Assembly: GCA_913063375.1 (NCBI GenBank)
Contig: CAJXXR010000020.1
Location: 1-57,926, forward strand
Source: an uncultured Flavobacteriales bacterium
GTDB taxonomy: Bacteria; Bacteroidota; Bacteroidia; Flavobacteriales; CAJXXR01
Reading direction: 5' to 3'
Length of the DNA: 57,926 bases
The notes under the pieces were generated by a model. It was not told the origin of the DNA and searched no databases. It was given only the letters and a program-made list of their open reading frames with translations. A program made the position numbers and the translations under genes. Every line of letters starts with the position of its first letter. The stretch's first letter is position 1. Below, one piece after another: positions 18,076 through 28,717 of this stretch.

Positions 18076-21000
18076 CTATTTCTGAGACAGTACATTTCTA
18101 ATACCATCCAATCCTTCTGTTACAGATTCTATCTGAGAAACAATCATAGCCATTTGATTGTCTCCACCAAAACCTTTTAATTTTTGATTCTTTAAGAAAG
18201 TTCTTTTGATAGCTTCCCAACGAGTCATCTCCGTCGGTTCAATCCATCCAACCAATTCTTTAAACTTCAACAAATTTGCTTCCGCACTTGTTGTAAGCGT
18301 TTGAGATTCGTTTTCATAGGCACTTAGCACAAGCGTCTTTAATTCCTTTTCATTCATTATAGGAATAATCTTCTCTGCTATCTTATTCATATTTCTATAA
18401 GATCCTTGAAGCTTAAAAGAAGGCTCCTCTCTATATTGATCCTCCATGGCTGCAGACTTGATATACTGCATATTCACTTTCAATATGATATCACGTACCT
18501 GAATCAAATGTTTCAATACTGCAACATAATCATTGATCTCTTCTACAGTATGATTGGATTCAAAGGAAATTCCCTCTTGACTATCTGTTGTTGCCAGTTT
18601 AATAAGCGCATATAAATCCTTCTGACTTTTACCAGACAAATTGCGAAGGGTAGAATTTGAAGTCAAACAATTCTCTATATAACTACTCTTAAATACATCG
18701 GCACTGTCCCCGATGATATCCCCTAAATTGTAAATATCAGCTCTATTCGCCAACATATCTGGAATCTGAAACTTATCTCCACTTTCCGTATATGGGTTCC
18801 CAGCCATTACTACACAAACCTTCTTTCCACGAAGATCGTACGTCTTACTTTGCCCCTTGAACACACCTTCAATCTTTCTTTGCCCATCACTCAAGGAAAT
18901 AAACTTCTGCAGAAATTCTGGATTACAATGTTGAATATCATCCAAATAAATCATGATATTATCCCCCATTTCAAATCCTAAATTCAATTTCTCAATCTCC
19001 TCCCTTGCTCCAGCATTTGGTGCACTTTCAGGATCCAAAGAAGTTGTCTCATAGCCCAAGGAAGGCCCATTTATCTTTAAGAAAATCACCCCCAATCGAC
19101 TGGCGATATACTCCATTAAAGTAGTTTTCCCATATCCGGGAGGAGATATCAATAAAAGCATTCCCATTAAATCAGTTCGCTTATTAGCTCCAGCTGTCCC
19201 AATCTGTTTGGCTAGATTATCCCCTATTAATGGCAGGTACACCTTATTGATCAACTTATTTCGAACAAAAGAGCTCATTACCTTTGGCTTCAATTCATCC
19301 AATTTCAAATCCAGCTTATAACGATCTATAAAACTCTTTTTCAAAGTCTTAAATTGATTAAAAGCCGGAACTTCATTCAGCACAAACCCAAGCAACCTCT
19401 TTTTATAATCTTGATAATCCAGGTTTAATTTCTGCTTCTGAATCAAGGAATGTGTTCCATTTAGACCGTCAAGATCCATTTTCAACTCAGTATCGATCAA
19501 ATGCCTTTTATCTGGCCCTGACGTCAACAGCAACATGGAGGCTTCTGAAATTAAATCCTCACTTGTTGGAGTATGAGATTCTGAGTAAGCCTTCAACCAA
19601 CTTTTGGTAATGGAATATTTTGACGAGGCTTTTACCAAGTTTTTAGTCGATTCCTCAAAGCTGGTTTTCAATTTATTTTTATTCAAATAATTTGTAAAAG
19701 CTTCACATAGATCAAAGGCTTCCTTACCAATACTAAAGCTATCATCTGAGGCCAATTCTGTAAATAGATACTTCGATACCTCCACAATATCCGCTTCAGT
19801 AAAAATACCTTCCTCAAGAATAAATTCACCAATTTCCTCACTCAAATCATGAATGAGGTCATCAAATACTTTTGTATTAGGGAAAGCTTTCAAAATATTT
19901 CCTATTCCCTTTATTTGATGATTTAAAATAGAACTCTTATCAGCATCAATAAACAGATTCCAATAAAAGGAAGCACAAGCTCTTGCCGTAGAAGAGTACT
20001 TCAAGACTCCACCCAAATGACCTATCTGCAACAAGGCCTTTACAATAATCAAAGCATCCAAATCATGAACACCTTTTACATAACCTTCGTCATACCTAGG
20101 AGCCATCGTCTCCTCAATCAATTGCAACAAGGCTTCATCGGTTCCTTCCAGCCATTCCGAAAGGCTTTGCGTACCTTTTTCTATAACCTGCAACACCAAC
20201 CAAGCTAAGTACTCAGCACGGTAAATATTTTCATTTTCAGAGACCAAGCCCTGCTTCCATACAGGTCTAGTTCTTAAGAAATCAGGATCTACAATCTGCT
20301 CAAAAAAATTGGTCCCTGTAATATGGTAATACATCTCATTATTCCTTGGAACAATAGACAGATCCAGGAGTTGATTGTTGACAGAAAACTGATGTTTCCC
20401 AAAGGATATAATTCCATCTCCTTGATAAAGTTCTGACTTATCTCTAAGTTGTCTTATAGCTTCTTCATGCGTAGACTTCAACTTACTCTGGATATTATCC
20501 GACTTTACGGTATCACCTAGTTCAACCAGGTCTTTGATAATATTCCTAAGTTTATCAACCATTAGGTCTGATGCCAAATACCCATTGATAGCATTTACAT
20601 CCTTCATTCCAGATAGACGAGTATGAATCCCCTTAATTATTCTTTCAGCAGAAAATTCTAACTGGGCAGTTTTTTTATTTCGTCTTTCTGTAAGTTGAAC
20701 TTTACGAGACTCAAATGCATTGTAGACTTCTTCTCTTTTTTCTGAGATCTTATTCAAAAAGGAATCAAATTCACCAAACTTACCTTCCAACTCTTCGAGC
20801 TGAATCAATAATTTCGTCAAATACTCTTCACATTTCTCAGCTGTATCTGAGATATCCAAATAATTAACCGCACCCTGACCAATCAGCTTCAATTGAGAAT
20901 GGAAAACAGCCTCTCCCTCTGTCAATTGTAAATCCTTCCTTTTTCTCTTTAGGACGGAATTGATCTGATTAAAACGGGCATAGATGGCAGAAATATTATT

Positions 21001-22959
21001 GATAATCTTGGTTGTTTGTGTCGCATCTTCAATTTTCAGATTACTCACAATTTCAATCAACATTTCCAATTCCTGCGAAGTCGTCATCACCTGTTCCTCG
21101 AGGGTATTCACCTCGATGACCTTAGCCAGTTCTTCAACAGCATTATTGAAGCCATCTATTTTCTCCTCATAATAATGTAAAGACCTTGGCTCCAGCAAAT
21201 ATTTCACACACTTATTGGATACATCCTCATTGTGTTTAGTCATCTCCACCTCATGACTTGCAATCAGATCTAGATCTACATATCTAAGATCTTTTAAAGA
21301 AATAACTTCACCTCGAATGGTACGGAGCTCAGCTAAAATTGTCACAAATTCATCAATATGGTCACTCTTCGCAACCTTTATTCTACTGATTAGTTTCTTG
21401 AACTTCTCTGTAAAATCATATTGCTTATCAGCTGTATTCTTTTTAACCTTTACAACCTTATCAAATTCATCTATAGCAAGTGAAGCCGATGATTTTATCT
21501 CTAATAAAGGTTCAGATAATCTATTAGTTTCTTCATCTGCCAACCAATAATAGCTATCAGTAATATCTGTAGTTTTTTTGACTAGATCGAGATAAAGGTT
21601 ATCGTAACTATCTTCTTTTTGAATAAGATTCAAGACCTCATGACATTCCGCCATCGCCCGAACTATATCCTTATTTCCAATTTTACTCAATAGGGATGAG
21701 CTATCTGGATGCAATGTAAAAGATCCCTCTTCAAAGGGTGTTTTCCAAATTTGAACAGCATGATGACTTTGCGCTTCCTCTTCACCTTTGAAAAAGCACA
21801 ATTCACCATTACTAAACAACGAATACCCATGACATACCGTTGGTGTATTCACCTGTTGAGAAATCAAATTATAGGAAAGCAGCACATAAACCCCTGTTTC
21901 ATTATTATTGAAAATATACAAGAAATCTTCCCCATTTGGAGAGGCTAGCATTCGCTGGTACTGCATGGTACCAACCTCAAGGTCAAAGATTTTATACTCC
22001 CCCGTTTGCAAATAATACCCTTGGGAAAAAATCACACCATGATCATCAGGAAGCAAAACACAAGATTGTGCTATTGCATCCACGCGCATAGCTTCTGAAG
22101 CTTTTCTATTGTAAATAATATACCTGAATTCACTTTCCTTATAAGGTTTGATCTTCAAGAATATCATATTGGCAACTACAGCATAATACATTTCCGCATC
22201 ATCCAAAGTTTGATCCTGATAAACTACAGGTTCACTATAAATACCTTTGCCAATTTCTGTATTATCCTCAACCTTTATAGTTAAGTCCCCACCTATAGCT
22301 TCAACAAATATTAGATCTTCAATTGATACATGAGGATGCAAACCATCGCGGTACATGTCCCTAGTGGTTCTTTTCCAAGTAAACTCATATTGATTGGGAT
22401 AGACTACCTCATGACTACTTCTATTATCTATATAATCAATACCATTTTCAGCAACCCTCCACTTAAAAGCTTTAATATCGCTTTCAGCTTTCCCAATTTT
22501 AAAAACCAGATATAAAAAGGGTCCTATTTCAACAAACTTAGTAAACTGAGTTTCCTTATAATATTTATAGAGTTCATTAAAGTCTTCTAGGAACTTCTCA
22601 CTTCCAAGCAAGGACTCATCCTGCTGATGAAAGTTGTGATCCTTATATTCATAAACGCTAAACACGTCTTCCAACTTGGTTCCAGTCCTTAGACCAATAT
22701 GAACATTGTACCCGAAAATAAATCTATCTCCTATAGAAATCATATCTCTAGGAATACACTTATTGGCCGTAGTAACCCTTTCTGTAGAAATTAGGGTAGT
22801 CTCTACAGCGCCAAATAAATTCTTCCTAGAAGTATTTAAGCCTGCTAATCTATCTTGAAGTTCTTTCCCCTGCTTTAATAAACGACTTCGAATGATTTCA
22901 TAAGTCCCTTGCTCCAAAACGGAAGTTCCTCCTTCTGAAGCTTCGTTCAGATCCTTCAT
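18076..22959 (-). CDS. Giant (1627 aa) orphan protein with a MoxR/AAA_5-type ATPase domain near the C-terminus
   Basis: Walker A LISPPGYGKTTL (about residue 1277), Walker B IMIYLDDIQHCNPEFLQKFISL and sensor-1 VCVVMAGNPYT match the MoxR/dynein-related AAA_5 pattern. The ~1250 N-terminal residues have no recognisable motif (mixed alpha and beta). Last gene of the PspA-NfeD-flotillin cluster. Confidence 0.8.
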   Translation of the reverse strand: MKDLNEASEGGTSVLEQGTYEIIRSRLLKQGKELQDRLAGLNTSRKNLFGAVETTLISTERVTTANKCIPRDMISIGDRFIFGYNVHIGLRTGTKLEDVFSVYEYKDHNFHQQDESLLGSEKFLEDFNELYKYYKETQFTKFVEIGPFLYLVFKIGKAESDIKAFKWRVAENGIDYIDNRSSHEVVYPNQYEFTWKRTTRDMYRDGLHPHVSIEDLIFVEAIGGDLTIKVEDNTEIGKGIYSEPVVYQDQTLDDAEMYYAVVANMIFLKIKPYKESEFRYIIYNRKASEAMRVDAIAQSCVLLPDDHGVIFSQGYYLQTGEYKIFDLEVGTMQYQRMLASPNGEDFLYIFNNNETGVYVLLSYNLISQQVNTPTVCHGYSLFSNGELCFFKGEEEAQSHHAVQIWKTPFEEGSFTLHPDSSSLLSKIGNKDIVRAMAECHEVLNLIQKEDSYDNLYLDLVKKTTDITDSYYWLADEETNRLSEPLLEIKSSASLAIDEFDKVVKVKKNTADKQYDFTEKFKKLISRIKVAKSDHIDEFVTILAELRTIRGEVISLKDLRYVDLDLIASHEVEMTKHNEDVSNKCVKYLLEPRSLHYYEEKIDGFNNAVEELAKVIEVNTLEEQVMTTSQELEMLIEIVSNLKIEDATQTTKIINNISAIYARFNQINSVLKRKRKDLQLTEGEAVFHSQLKLIGQGAVNYLDISDTAEKCEEYLTKLLIQLEELEGKFGEFDSFLNKISEKREEVYNAFESRKVQLTERRNKKTAQLEFSAERIIKGIHTRLSGMKDVNAINGYLASDLMVDKLRNIIKDLVELGDTVKSDNIQSKLKSTHEEAIRQLRDKSELYQGDGIISFGKHQFSVNNQLLDLSIVPRNNEMYYHITGTNFFEQIVDPDFLRTRPVWKQGLVSENENIYRAEYLAWLVLQVIEKGTQSLSEWLEGTDEALLQLIEETMAPRYDEGYVKGVHDLDALIIVKALLQIGHLGGVLKYSSTARACASFYWNLFIDADKSSILNHQIKGIGNILKAFPNTKVFDDLIHDLSEEIGEFILEEGIFTEADIVEVSKYLFTELASDDSFSIGKEAFDLCEAFTNYLNKNKLKTSFEESTKNLVKASSKYSITKSWLKAYSESHTPTSEDLISEASMLLLTSGPDKRHLIDTELKMDLDGLNGTHSLIQKQKLNLDYQDYKKRLLGFVLNEVPAFNQFKTLKKSFIDRYKLDLKLDELKPKVMSSFVRNKLINKVYLPLIGDNLAKQIGTAGANKRTDLMGMLLLISPPGYGKTTLMEYIASRLGVIFLKINGPSLGYETTSLDPESAPNAGAREEIEKLNLGFEMGDNIMIYLDDIQHCNPEFLQKFISLSDGQRKIEGVFKGQSKTYDLRGKKVCVVMAGNPYTESGDKFQIPDMLANRADIYNLGDIIGDSADVFKSSYIENCLTSNSTLRNLSGKSQKDLYALIKLATTDSQEGISFESNHTVEEINDYVAVLKHLIQVRDIILKVNMQYIKSAAMEDQYREEPSFKLQGSYRNMNKIAEKIIPIMNEKELKTLVLSAYENESQTLTTSAEANLLKFKELVGWIEPTEMTRWEAIKRTFLKNQKLKGFGGDNQMAMIVSQIESVTEGLDGIRNVLSQK

Positions 22960-23072
22960 GTAAATGATTTAATAATTTGAAATAAAGAAAATACCCACAC
23001 TAATCAATTGTAGTACCAGCACCATGTACCCTACCAATGAGGGTACATCCTACCATAAGGTACTTGAATTAA

Positions 23073-25163
23073 TTAGTTTTGAATGCCTAAAGCACTTGGC
23101 GTGATATCTCCAATTCCAGCAGACTTAACAGCCGACATAAGATCATTCAGCACACCAGTAGTAGAAGTGTTATTGTTTTCTTGCATCATTCTAAACACAA
23201 TAGTAGAAATAGACAAGTTTTTCAAATCTTCTGAACTAATCCCAAATTGATCAATTAGACTTCTAATTTTTTCATTCAAATTTCTCCCGTCTACTTCGTC
23301 TAACAATTGCCCTTTCAATTCAGTCAATATTGCACTATTATTGATGGTTCTCTCTACACGTTTTCCGTTAGATATCGCACCAATAATTTTATCAAAGAAT
23401 ACAGCTTCTCCACCAACAATATCAATTTTGGCAGTTCTCAACGCTGTAGAAAGCACATCAGCTTGAGCATCCGCAATATCCTTTTGAATATGTATTTGAG
23501 CCAATTCAACTTGCTTTTGCATGTCCAATTCTAGCTTAAACTCTTCATGTTCTTTTCCAACACCATCCAACTGCTTCATTGCATCTGCTTTTCTGTGGAT
23601 CCCGTCAGCTTCTACATGGTATTTTTCTTTACTTACAGCGGCTTCTGCAAGTCCTTTCTTCTCATCAGCAATTGCTTTCAATTCAATTACCTGAGCTTCC
23701 GCATTACCCATTTCAACATCAGCCTTAGCTTGTGCTGATTGTGTTAATTCAATTGCTTTTGCTTCTGCAATAGCTTTCGCCTCCAGTATTTGCGCCTCTG
23801 CAATTCCTGAAGCTGCTTCATTTGCAACAGTGGCTTCTGCCATCACCTTGATTGCTTCTGATCTTTGAACAGAAGATTCCTGCTCTGCCTTGGCATCAAT
23901 CATGATTTGTTCAGCTTTAAACTCAGAAGATTTTTTACCGGCTTCCGCAGCTTTTATTTGTTGAACTAAATTAGCCTCGGCCAGCTCTTCGGCTTTAGTT
24001 ACAGCAACCAATTTTTCACGATCCGCTTGAGATTTAGTCTTAGTATCTTTGATGCTTTCCTCTTCAATAACAACCGTTTTTTCAATCGAAACACGCTCTC
24101 TAATTACCTCTTGAATACTTTTCTTCTCTTCTTCAATGGCCTTTTCTTTGGCAATTTGAGCAAGCGTTACTATTCTTTCTCTTTCCGTTACCTCCAACAA
24201 TCTATCCTTTTCAACCTTTTCAGTTTCAACGGCAGCGGTTCTCTCTTTATTTTTAGCAGCAACAATAACCTCTCTTTCCTTGTTTTGTTCTGCTATCTCT
24301 ATCTCTTCCGAAGCAATAATACGAGCCCTTTCAGACTTTAACCTTTCCTCTTCTACAACTTTAGCAATTTCCGCTTCTTCTCTAGATTTGATATTGGCAA
24401 CTTCCCTTTTTTGCTTTTCTTCAGTCTCGGCCAATTGTTTTTCCAATTGCAGAATAGCTTCCCTAGCTTCAACATCTTGTTTTGTAATGGTCTTCTCCTT
24501 ATTCTTTTCAATTTGATTGGATTCAATTTTTTCACGAGACGTGATTTGAATAATCTTCTTAATACCTTCAGCATCTAGAATATTATTTTGATCCATCTTG
24601 AACAAAGGTGTTTGCTCCAAATAATCAATGGCAGCATCATCCAAGATATACCCATTAAGATCTGTACCCAAACTATTTAGAATTTCCTCTCTAAAGGCAT
24701 CACGCTTATTGTATAGATCTACAAAGTCGAATTTTTTACCTACTGTTTTCAAGGCCTCTGAAAACTTTGAATCAAACAAATCATTCAATGACGCAGCATG
24801 CGAAGCCCTTGCACATCCTACAGATTGAGCTACTTGAATAACATCCTGAGCTGTTTTATTTACACGTACAAAAAACACAACCTTAATATCAGCACGCATA
24901 TTATCCTTACATACTAATCCATCAGAACCTTGACGCTCTATTAGAATATTTTTCAAGGAGATATCCATCACCTCCAATTTATGAAGGACAGGTACTACCA
25001 TCATTCCATTAAAGGATACTTTCGTACCTCCAACTCCCGTTCGAACTAGTGACTGTCCCTGAGACGTTTTTTTGTACCATTTAGCAACCATTCCGATGAC
25101 TCCCAACAATACGAGAACCAAAATTATTGTAACCATAAAAGTTGCATTTTGTAACATTTCCAT
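23073..25163 (-). CDS. Flotillin-like SPFH (band-7) domain protein
   Basis: N-terminal TM anchor, an SPFH core, then a long Glu/Ala/Lys-rich coiled-coil flotillin domain. 696 aa, like FloT/YqiK. Confidence 0.85.
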   Translation of the reverse strand: MEMLQNATFMVTIILVLVLLGVIGMVAKWYKKTSQGQSLVRTGVGGTKVSFNGMMVVPVLHKLEVMDISLKNILIERQGSDGLVCKDNMRADIKVVFFVRVNKTAQDVIQVAQSVGCARASHAASLNDLFDSKFSEALKTVGKKFDFVDLYNKRDAFREEILNSLGTDLNGYILDDAAIDYLEQTPLFKMDQNNILDAEGIKKIIQITSREKIESNQIEKNKEKTITKQDVEAREAILQLEKQLAETEEKQKREVANIKSREEAEIAKVVEEERLKSERARIIASEEIEIAEQNKEREVIVAAKNKERTAAVETEKVEKDRLLEVTERERIVTLAQIAKEKAIEEEKKSIQEVIRERVSIEKTVVIEEESIKDTKTKSQADREKLVAVTKAEELAEANLVQQIKAAEAGKKSSEFKAEQIMIDAKAEQESSVQRSEAIKVMAEATVANEAASGIAEAQILEAKAIAEAKAIELTQSAQAKADVEMGNAEAQVIELKAIADEKKGLAEAAVSKEKYHVEADGIHRKADAMKQLDGVGKEHEEFKLELDMQKQVELAQIHIQKDIADAQADVLSTALRTAKIDIVGGEAVFFDKIIGAISNGKRVERTINNSAILTELKGQLLDEVDGRNLNEKIRSLIDQFGISSEDLKNLSISTIVFRMMQENNNTSTTGVLNDLMSAVKSAGIGDITPSALGIQN

Positions 25164-25203
25164 AATCTAATCTGTTTGTTTGTTTATTAGTTTCTTTAAA
25201 AAT

Positions 25204-25860
25204 TTAATCCAATGTTTCGTAAGCCTCTACAATGTAAAATTGAGATTCCTTAATATGGTTTACCACCAATATTCTATCTCCCCTTTTCACTTGACCTTCT
25301 GTAGTTTTGATATTTATTCGATAATTTGAACCAGAGATGATCATCTCTCCTTGCCCCATTCTTGTACTATTGGCAGAAACCACGACATATCCTACTGCCC
25401 CAACCAAATCCTGAACTTCATCAGCATCCTTATCCAACAATGCAAATATCTTAACAAATGGATAGGTCACTGGCTTTGCGACCAACAGACTCACAATAAA
25501 AATGGGCAACAATAATAAGAGTGAAAATAAGAAAGAACCATTTCCCAACATATGATTTACCGTTACAGACAAAAGCCACATCGGAATTACCAAAAAGGTT
25601 AGAAAAACCATTAAAGGTATTTTATCAATATTGAAAAAGGACAGGACATTATTTAACCAGGATACTGAAATATCAGGATTTCCATCACCTTCCACTTCGG
25701 CATCCACTTCAACCTCTGCCTCCATTTCAATCTCTATATCAAATGTGCTGATATCCAATGCTCCGAATATTACAAGCAGCCAATAAAAGATTATAAATAC
25801 CAGCAATGCAGTTGGTATGAAATTTACCGCAGAAAAAGCGGCATGAAAAAGTTCCATCAT
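25204..25860 (-). CDS. NfeD-like membrane protein (short form, C-terminal OB-fold)
   Basis: Hydrophobic N-terminal half with 3-4 TM segments and an acidic EIEMEAEVEVDAEVEGD insert. The C-terminal beta-barrel (GQGEMIISGSNYRINIKTTEGQVKRGDRILVV) resembles YuaF/NfeD partners of flotillins. Located 40 nt upstream of the flotillin gene. Confidence 0.55.
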   Translation of the reverse strand: MMELFHAAFSAVNFIPTALLVFIIFYWLLVIFGALDISTFDIEIEMEAEVEVDAEVEGDGNPDISVSWLNNVLSFFNIDKIPLMVFLTFLVIPMWLLSVTVNHMLGNGSFLFSLLLLLPIFIVSLLVAKPVTYPFVKIFALLDKDADEVQDLVGAVGYVVVSANSTRMGQGEMIISGSNYRINIKTTEGQVKRGDRILVVNHIKESQFYIVEAYETLD

Positions 25861-25919
25861 GATCTAATAATTAATGAAGTATACCTAGTAAGTTTAAATT
25901 TGATCCTTTAGAATTGAAC

Positions 25920-26618
25920 TTATTTATTCAATCCCATTTTGGCTTTAAGGGCTGCCAAACTAGTAGCCGCATTTAATTCCTTGAGAGTCGTGTCAATTTC
26001 AACGCGTACCAGTTCATCAGAATCATTCAATTGAGCATATCCCTCAGCACTTGCTTCTTCCTGCAGTACTTTATCTTTCATTCTCTCCAACATGGCAATG
26101 GTACCAGATGAATCTATTTGCGCTATGTCTTTATTCAATTCTTTGGTAGTGGAAGCAACTACGGCACGTGCCCTCAATGTTTTCAATTCAGAATCCCATT
26201 GATCAACATTTAACTTCACTCGGCTAATATTGGCATTAAGCTGGGACAATGATGCATCAATCTTTTGCTTGTTCTTAGATGACTCCTTACTAAATTGTAT
26301 CTGCTCTTCTCGAAGAATCAATGCCTGGGTCGCCAACCAGTCAGCTTGCTCTTTATCCAAATCTCCATTCTTAGCACGTTCCAAAAGAATGCTAGCCTTT
26401 TCTTCATAATCTTTAGCCTTTGCAAGAAATTTTTCATGCTCATTCCTAGCTCTAATAGACATCGCCTTTACTTCTGCAAATGCTTTAAGGTGACTCTCTA
26501 AATGATTTTTCATATCTCTAATTCCTTGCTCCATAAGTTTAATTGGATCCTCCAATTTATCGATTGCAGAATGGGATTCTGCTTCACCAATCTTAAATAA
26601 ACGTTTTAAAAAATTCAT
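25920..26618 (-). CDS. PspA/IM30 (Vipp1, ESCRT-III-like) family protein, paralogue 1
   Basis: 232 aa coiled-coil protein. N-terminus MNFLKRLFKIGEAESHSAIDKLEDPIKLMEQGIRDMKNHL is collinear with PspA. First gene of the cluster. Confidence 0.85.
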   Translation of the reverse strand: MNFLKRLFKIGEAESHSAIDKLEDPIKLMEQGIRDMKNHLESHLKAFAEVKAMSIRARNEHEKFLAKAKDYEEKASILLERAKNGDLDKEQADWLATQALILREEQIQFSKESSKNKQKIDASLSQLNANISRVKLNVDQWDSELKTLRARAVVASTTKELNKDIAQIDSSGTIAMLERMKDKVLQEEASAEGYAQLNDSDELVRVEIDTTLKELNAATSLAALKAKMGLNK

Positions 26619-27172
26619 TATTTAACTAGTATTGATTCCCTGAATTAAAATAAATTAAGTAGAATACATTAAAAAATAACAACCCTATGAACCTTAGAGG
26701 AGCATGGTTAAAATCCATACACAATTATACTATTATTTTTAGCCATTTCCAAAAAATACAACGTGTTTTTATAACAAAATTGATATATAATTCAAAAACA
26801 AAACGGCTTATCCACATAAAACACAGGACAAACAAAGAATAACACACTCAAAACTAATAAATTATATAAAAACTAAAAATACCAGCACCAAGCATACTAA
26901 TATTATTAGCAATAAATACAATTTGTATTTATCTTTCCCCACTATATTTGTACATTTGATCTTCATTAACAAACAGATTATTAAAGGGCAATAAATATCA
27001 ATTATTCAAAATATAATTGTTCTGATTAAAAAAAAGGTTTTTATTGCATTGATGATTATCTACAATCCCTAAAAAGATAATCTAAACCACAGATTATTAA
27101 ATAAATACATCAATTTCAAAGGTGTATTTATAACATATGAAGTTTTATACTTCTAAAGAATAAATAAGCAAA

Positions 27173-28714
27173 TTGAAAAAAAGTCAATCTAGAATACTAA
27201 AATTAGCACTTTTCGCCACAGGACTATCTGGGATAGTTGCTGAATATATTTTATCCACCCTTGCCACCTACTTCCTTGGAGATTCTGTATTCCAATGGAC
27301 CATGATCCTTTCCATCATGTTATTTTCCATGGGGCTTGGAGCTAGGCTTAGCATGAAATTCAAAACCAATATTTTAGAAAAATTTCTAATTGCTGAATTT
27401 CTACTAACCCTTCTTACTTCAACTGCCGCCCTAACTACCTATTTCTTTATGGGGCATGCTGAAAATCTGGGATTCATCATATACAGCTTCTGTATTAGTA
27501 TTGGCCTTTTGATAGGTATGGAAATCCCACTGGTAACTAGGGTTAATGAAGAAAATGAAGAACTAAGAACCAATATTGCAGGTGTATTAGAAAACGACTA
27601 TTATGGAAGTTTGATAGGTGGTTTATTCTTTGTATTCATTGGTCTTCCTTATTTAGGCCTTACCCACACGCCATTTATTTTGGGTACCATCAACTTCCTA
27701 GTAGCCATATTACTTTTCATCAAACTAAAAGATCATATTGCTAAAAGGTTCAAAATTGGCTTTGCCATCACCATTCCAAGTTTAATAATTATACTAAGCT
27801 TCCTTAGCTATAATGCAGATGAGATAGTTCTATACGGGGAGCAAAAAAGATACAATGACAAGGTTGTTTTCTCTAAACAAACCAAATACCAAAAAATCAC
27901 AATCACCCAATGGCAAGAAAATTACTGGCTATACCTTAATTCCAGCAAACAACTTTGCACGTTTGATGAGTGGCTTTACCATGAACCACTGGTACATCCA
28001 GTAATGAAACTAACAACACACCCTAAGCATGTATTAATCCTAGGCGCAGGAGATGGTTGCGCAATCCGAGAGGTATTGAAATACGAAAATGTTGAAAAAA
28101 TCACCCTCGTAGACATTGATCCTGAGATGACCAAAATTGGTAGGTCCAACGAAATTTTCGTTAAGATGAACGACAGCGCCTATTACGATCCCAAAGTAAC
28201 GGTTATCAATCAGGACGCATTCCAATTTCTAGAAAATAATGAAGAATTTTACGATGTCATGATCCTAGATTTCCCTGATCCAAAAAGCATTGATATCAAC
28301 AGAGTTTATACCAAGGAATTTTACACCCTCTGCAACAAAAGACTTCGCCCATTGGGACATATCATTACCCAAGCCGTAAGCCCATATTATACAACAAAAG
28401 CCTTTAGGTCCATTGAAAAAACATTAGCTGCCTCTGGATTCAATACACTTCCAATTCACAACCACGTATACTCTTTTGGCGAGTGGGGATGGGTAATAGG
28501 TTCCAAATTCCAAGATAAGGAGAAAATGAAACAGCATCTACTGAAATCCAATTATCAAGATTTAGATGTACAATGGATCACCAATGAATCCATTAATCTT
28601 ATGACCTCCTTTGGCAAAGACCTTATCAAAGCAGATGACATAGAAGTAAACACCATTCATAACCCTGTCTTATACCGCTATTACCTAGACGGAACTTGGG
28701 CTAGATACCTGTAA
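27173..28714 (+). CDS. Membrane-anchored spermidine synthase-like aminopropyltransferase (paralogue 1)
   Basis: About 200 aa with ~7 TM helices, then a Spermine_synth domain (VLILGAGDGCAIREVL, TLVDIDPEMT, ILDFPDP). Confidence 0.75.
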   Translation: MKKSQSRILKLALFATGLSGIVAEYILSTLATYFLGDSVFQWTMILSIMLFSMGLGARLSMKFKTNILEKFLIAEFLLTLLTSTAALTTYFFMGHAENLGFIIYSFCISIGLLIGMEIPLVTRVNEENEELRTNIAGVLENDYYGSLIGGLFFVFIGLPYLGLTHTPFILGTINFLVAILLFIKLKDHIAKRFKIGFAITIPSLIIILSFLSYNADEIVLYGEQKRYNDKVVFSKQTKYQKITITQWQENYWLYLNSSKQLCTFDEWLYHEPLVHPVMKLTTHPKHVLILGAGDGCAIREVLKYENVEKITLVDIDPEMTKIGRSNEIFVKMNDSAYYDPKVTVINQDAFQFLENNEEFYDVMILDFPDPKSIDINRVYTKEFYTLCNKRLRPLGHIITQAVSPYYTTKAFRSIEKTLAASGFNTLPIHNHVYSFGEWGWVIGSKFQDKEKMKQHLLKSNYQDLDVQWITNESINLMTSFGKDLIKADDIEVNTIHNPVLYRYYLDGTWARYL

Positions 28715-28717
28715 TCT

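Noticed and set aside
23010-23030. 7-bp hairpin between flotillin and giant ATPase genes as a terminator
   Set aside because: Short stem and no following U-run on the minus strand. More likely neutral or a weak attenuator. It is mentioned under the operon finding only.
18406-24828. Numerous 60-100-aa plus-strand ORFs inside the giant ATPase and flotillin genes (e.g. 20017..20208, 21317..21550, 24027..24516)
   Set aside because: They are antisense to long, well-supported CDSs. Their low-complexity translations are typical of shadow ORFs.
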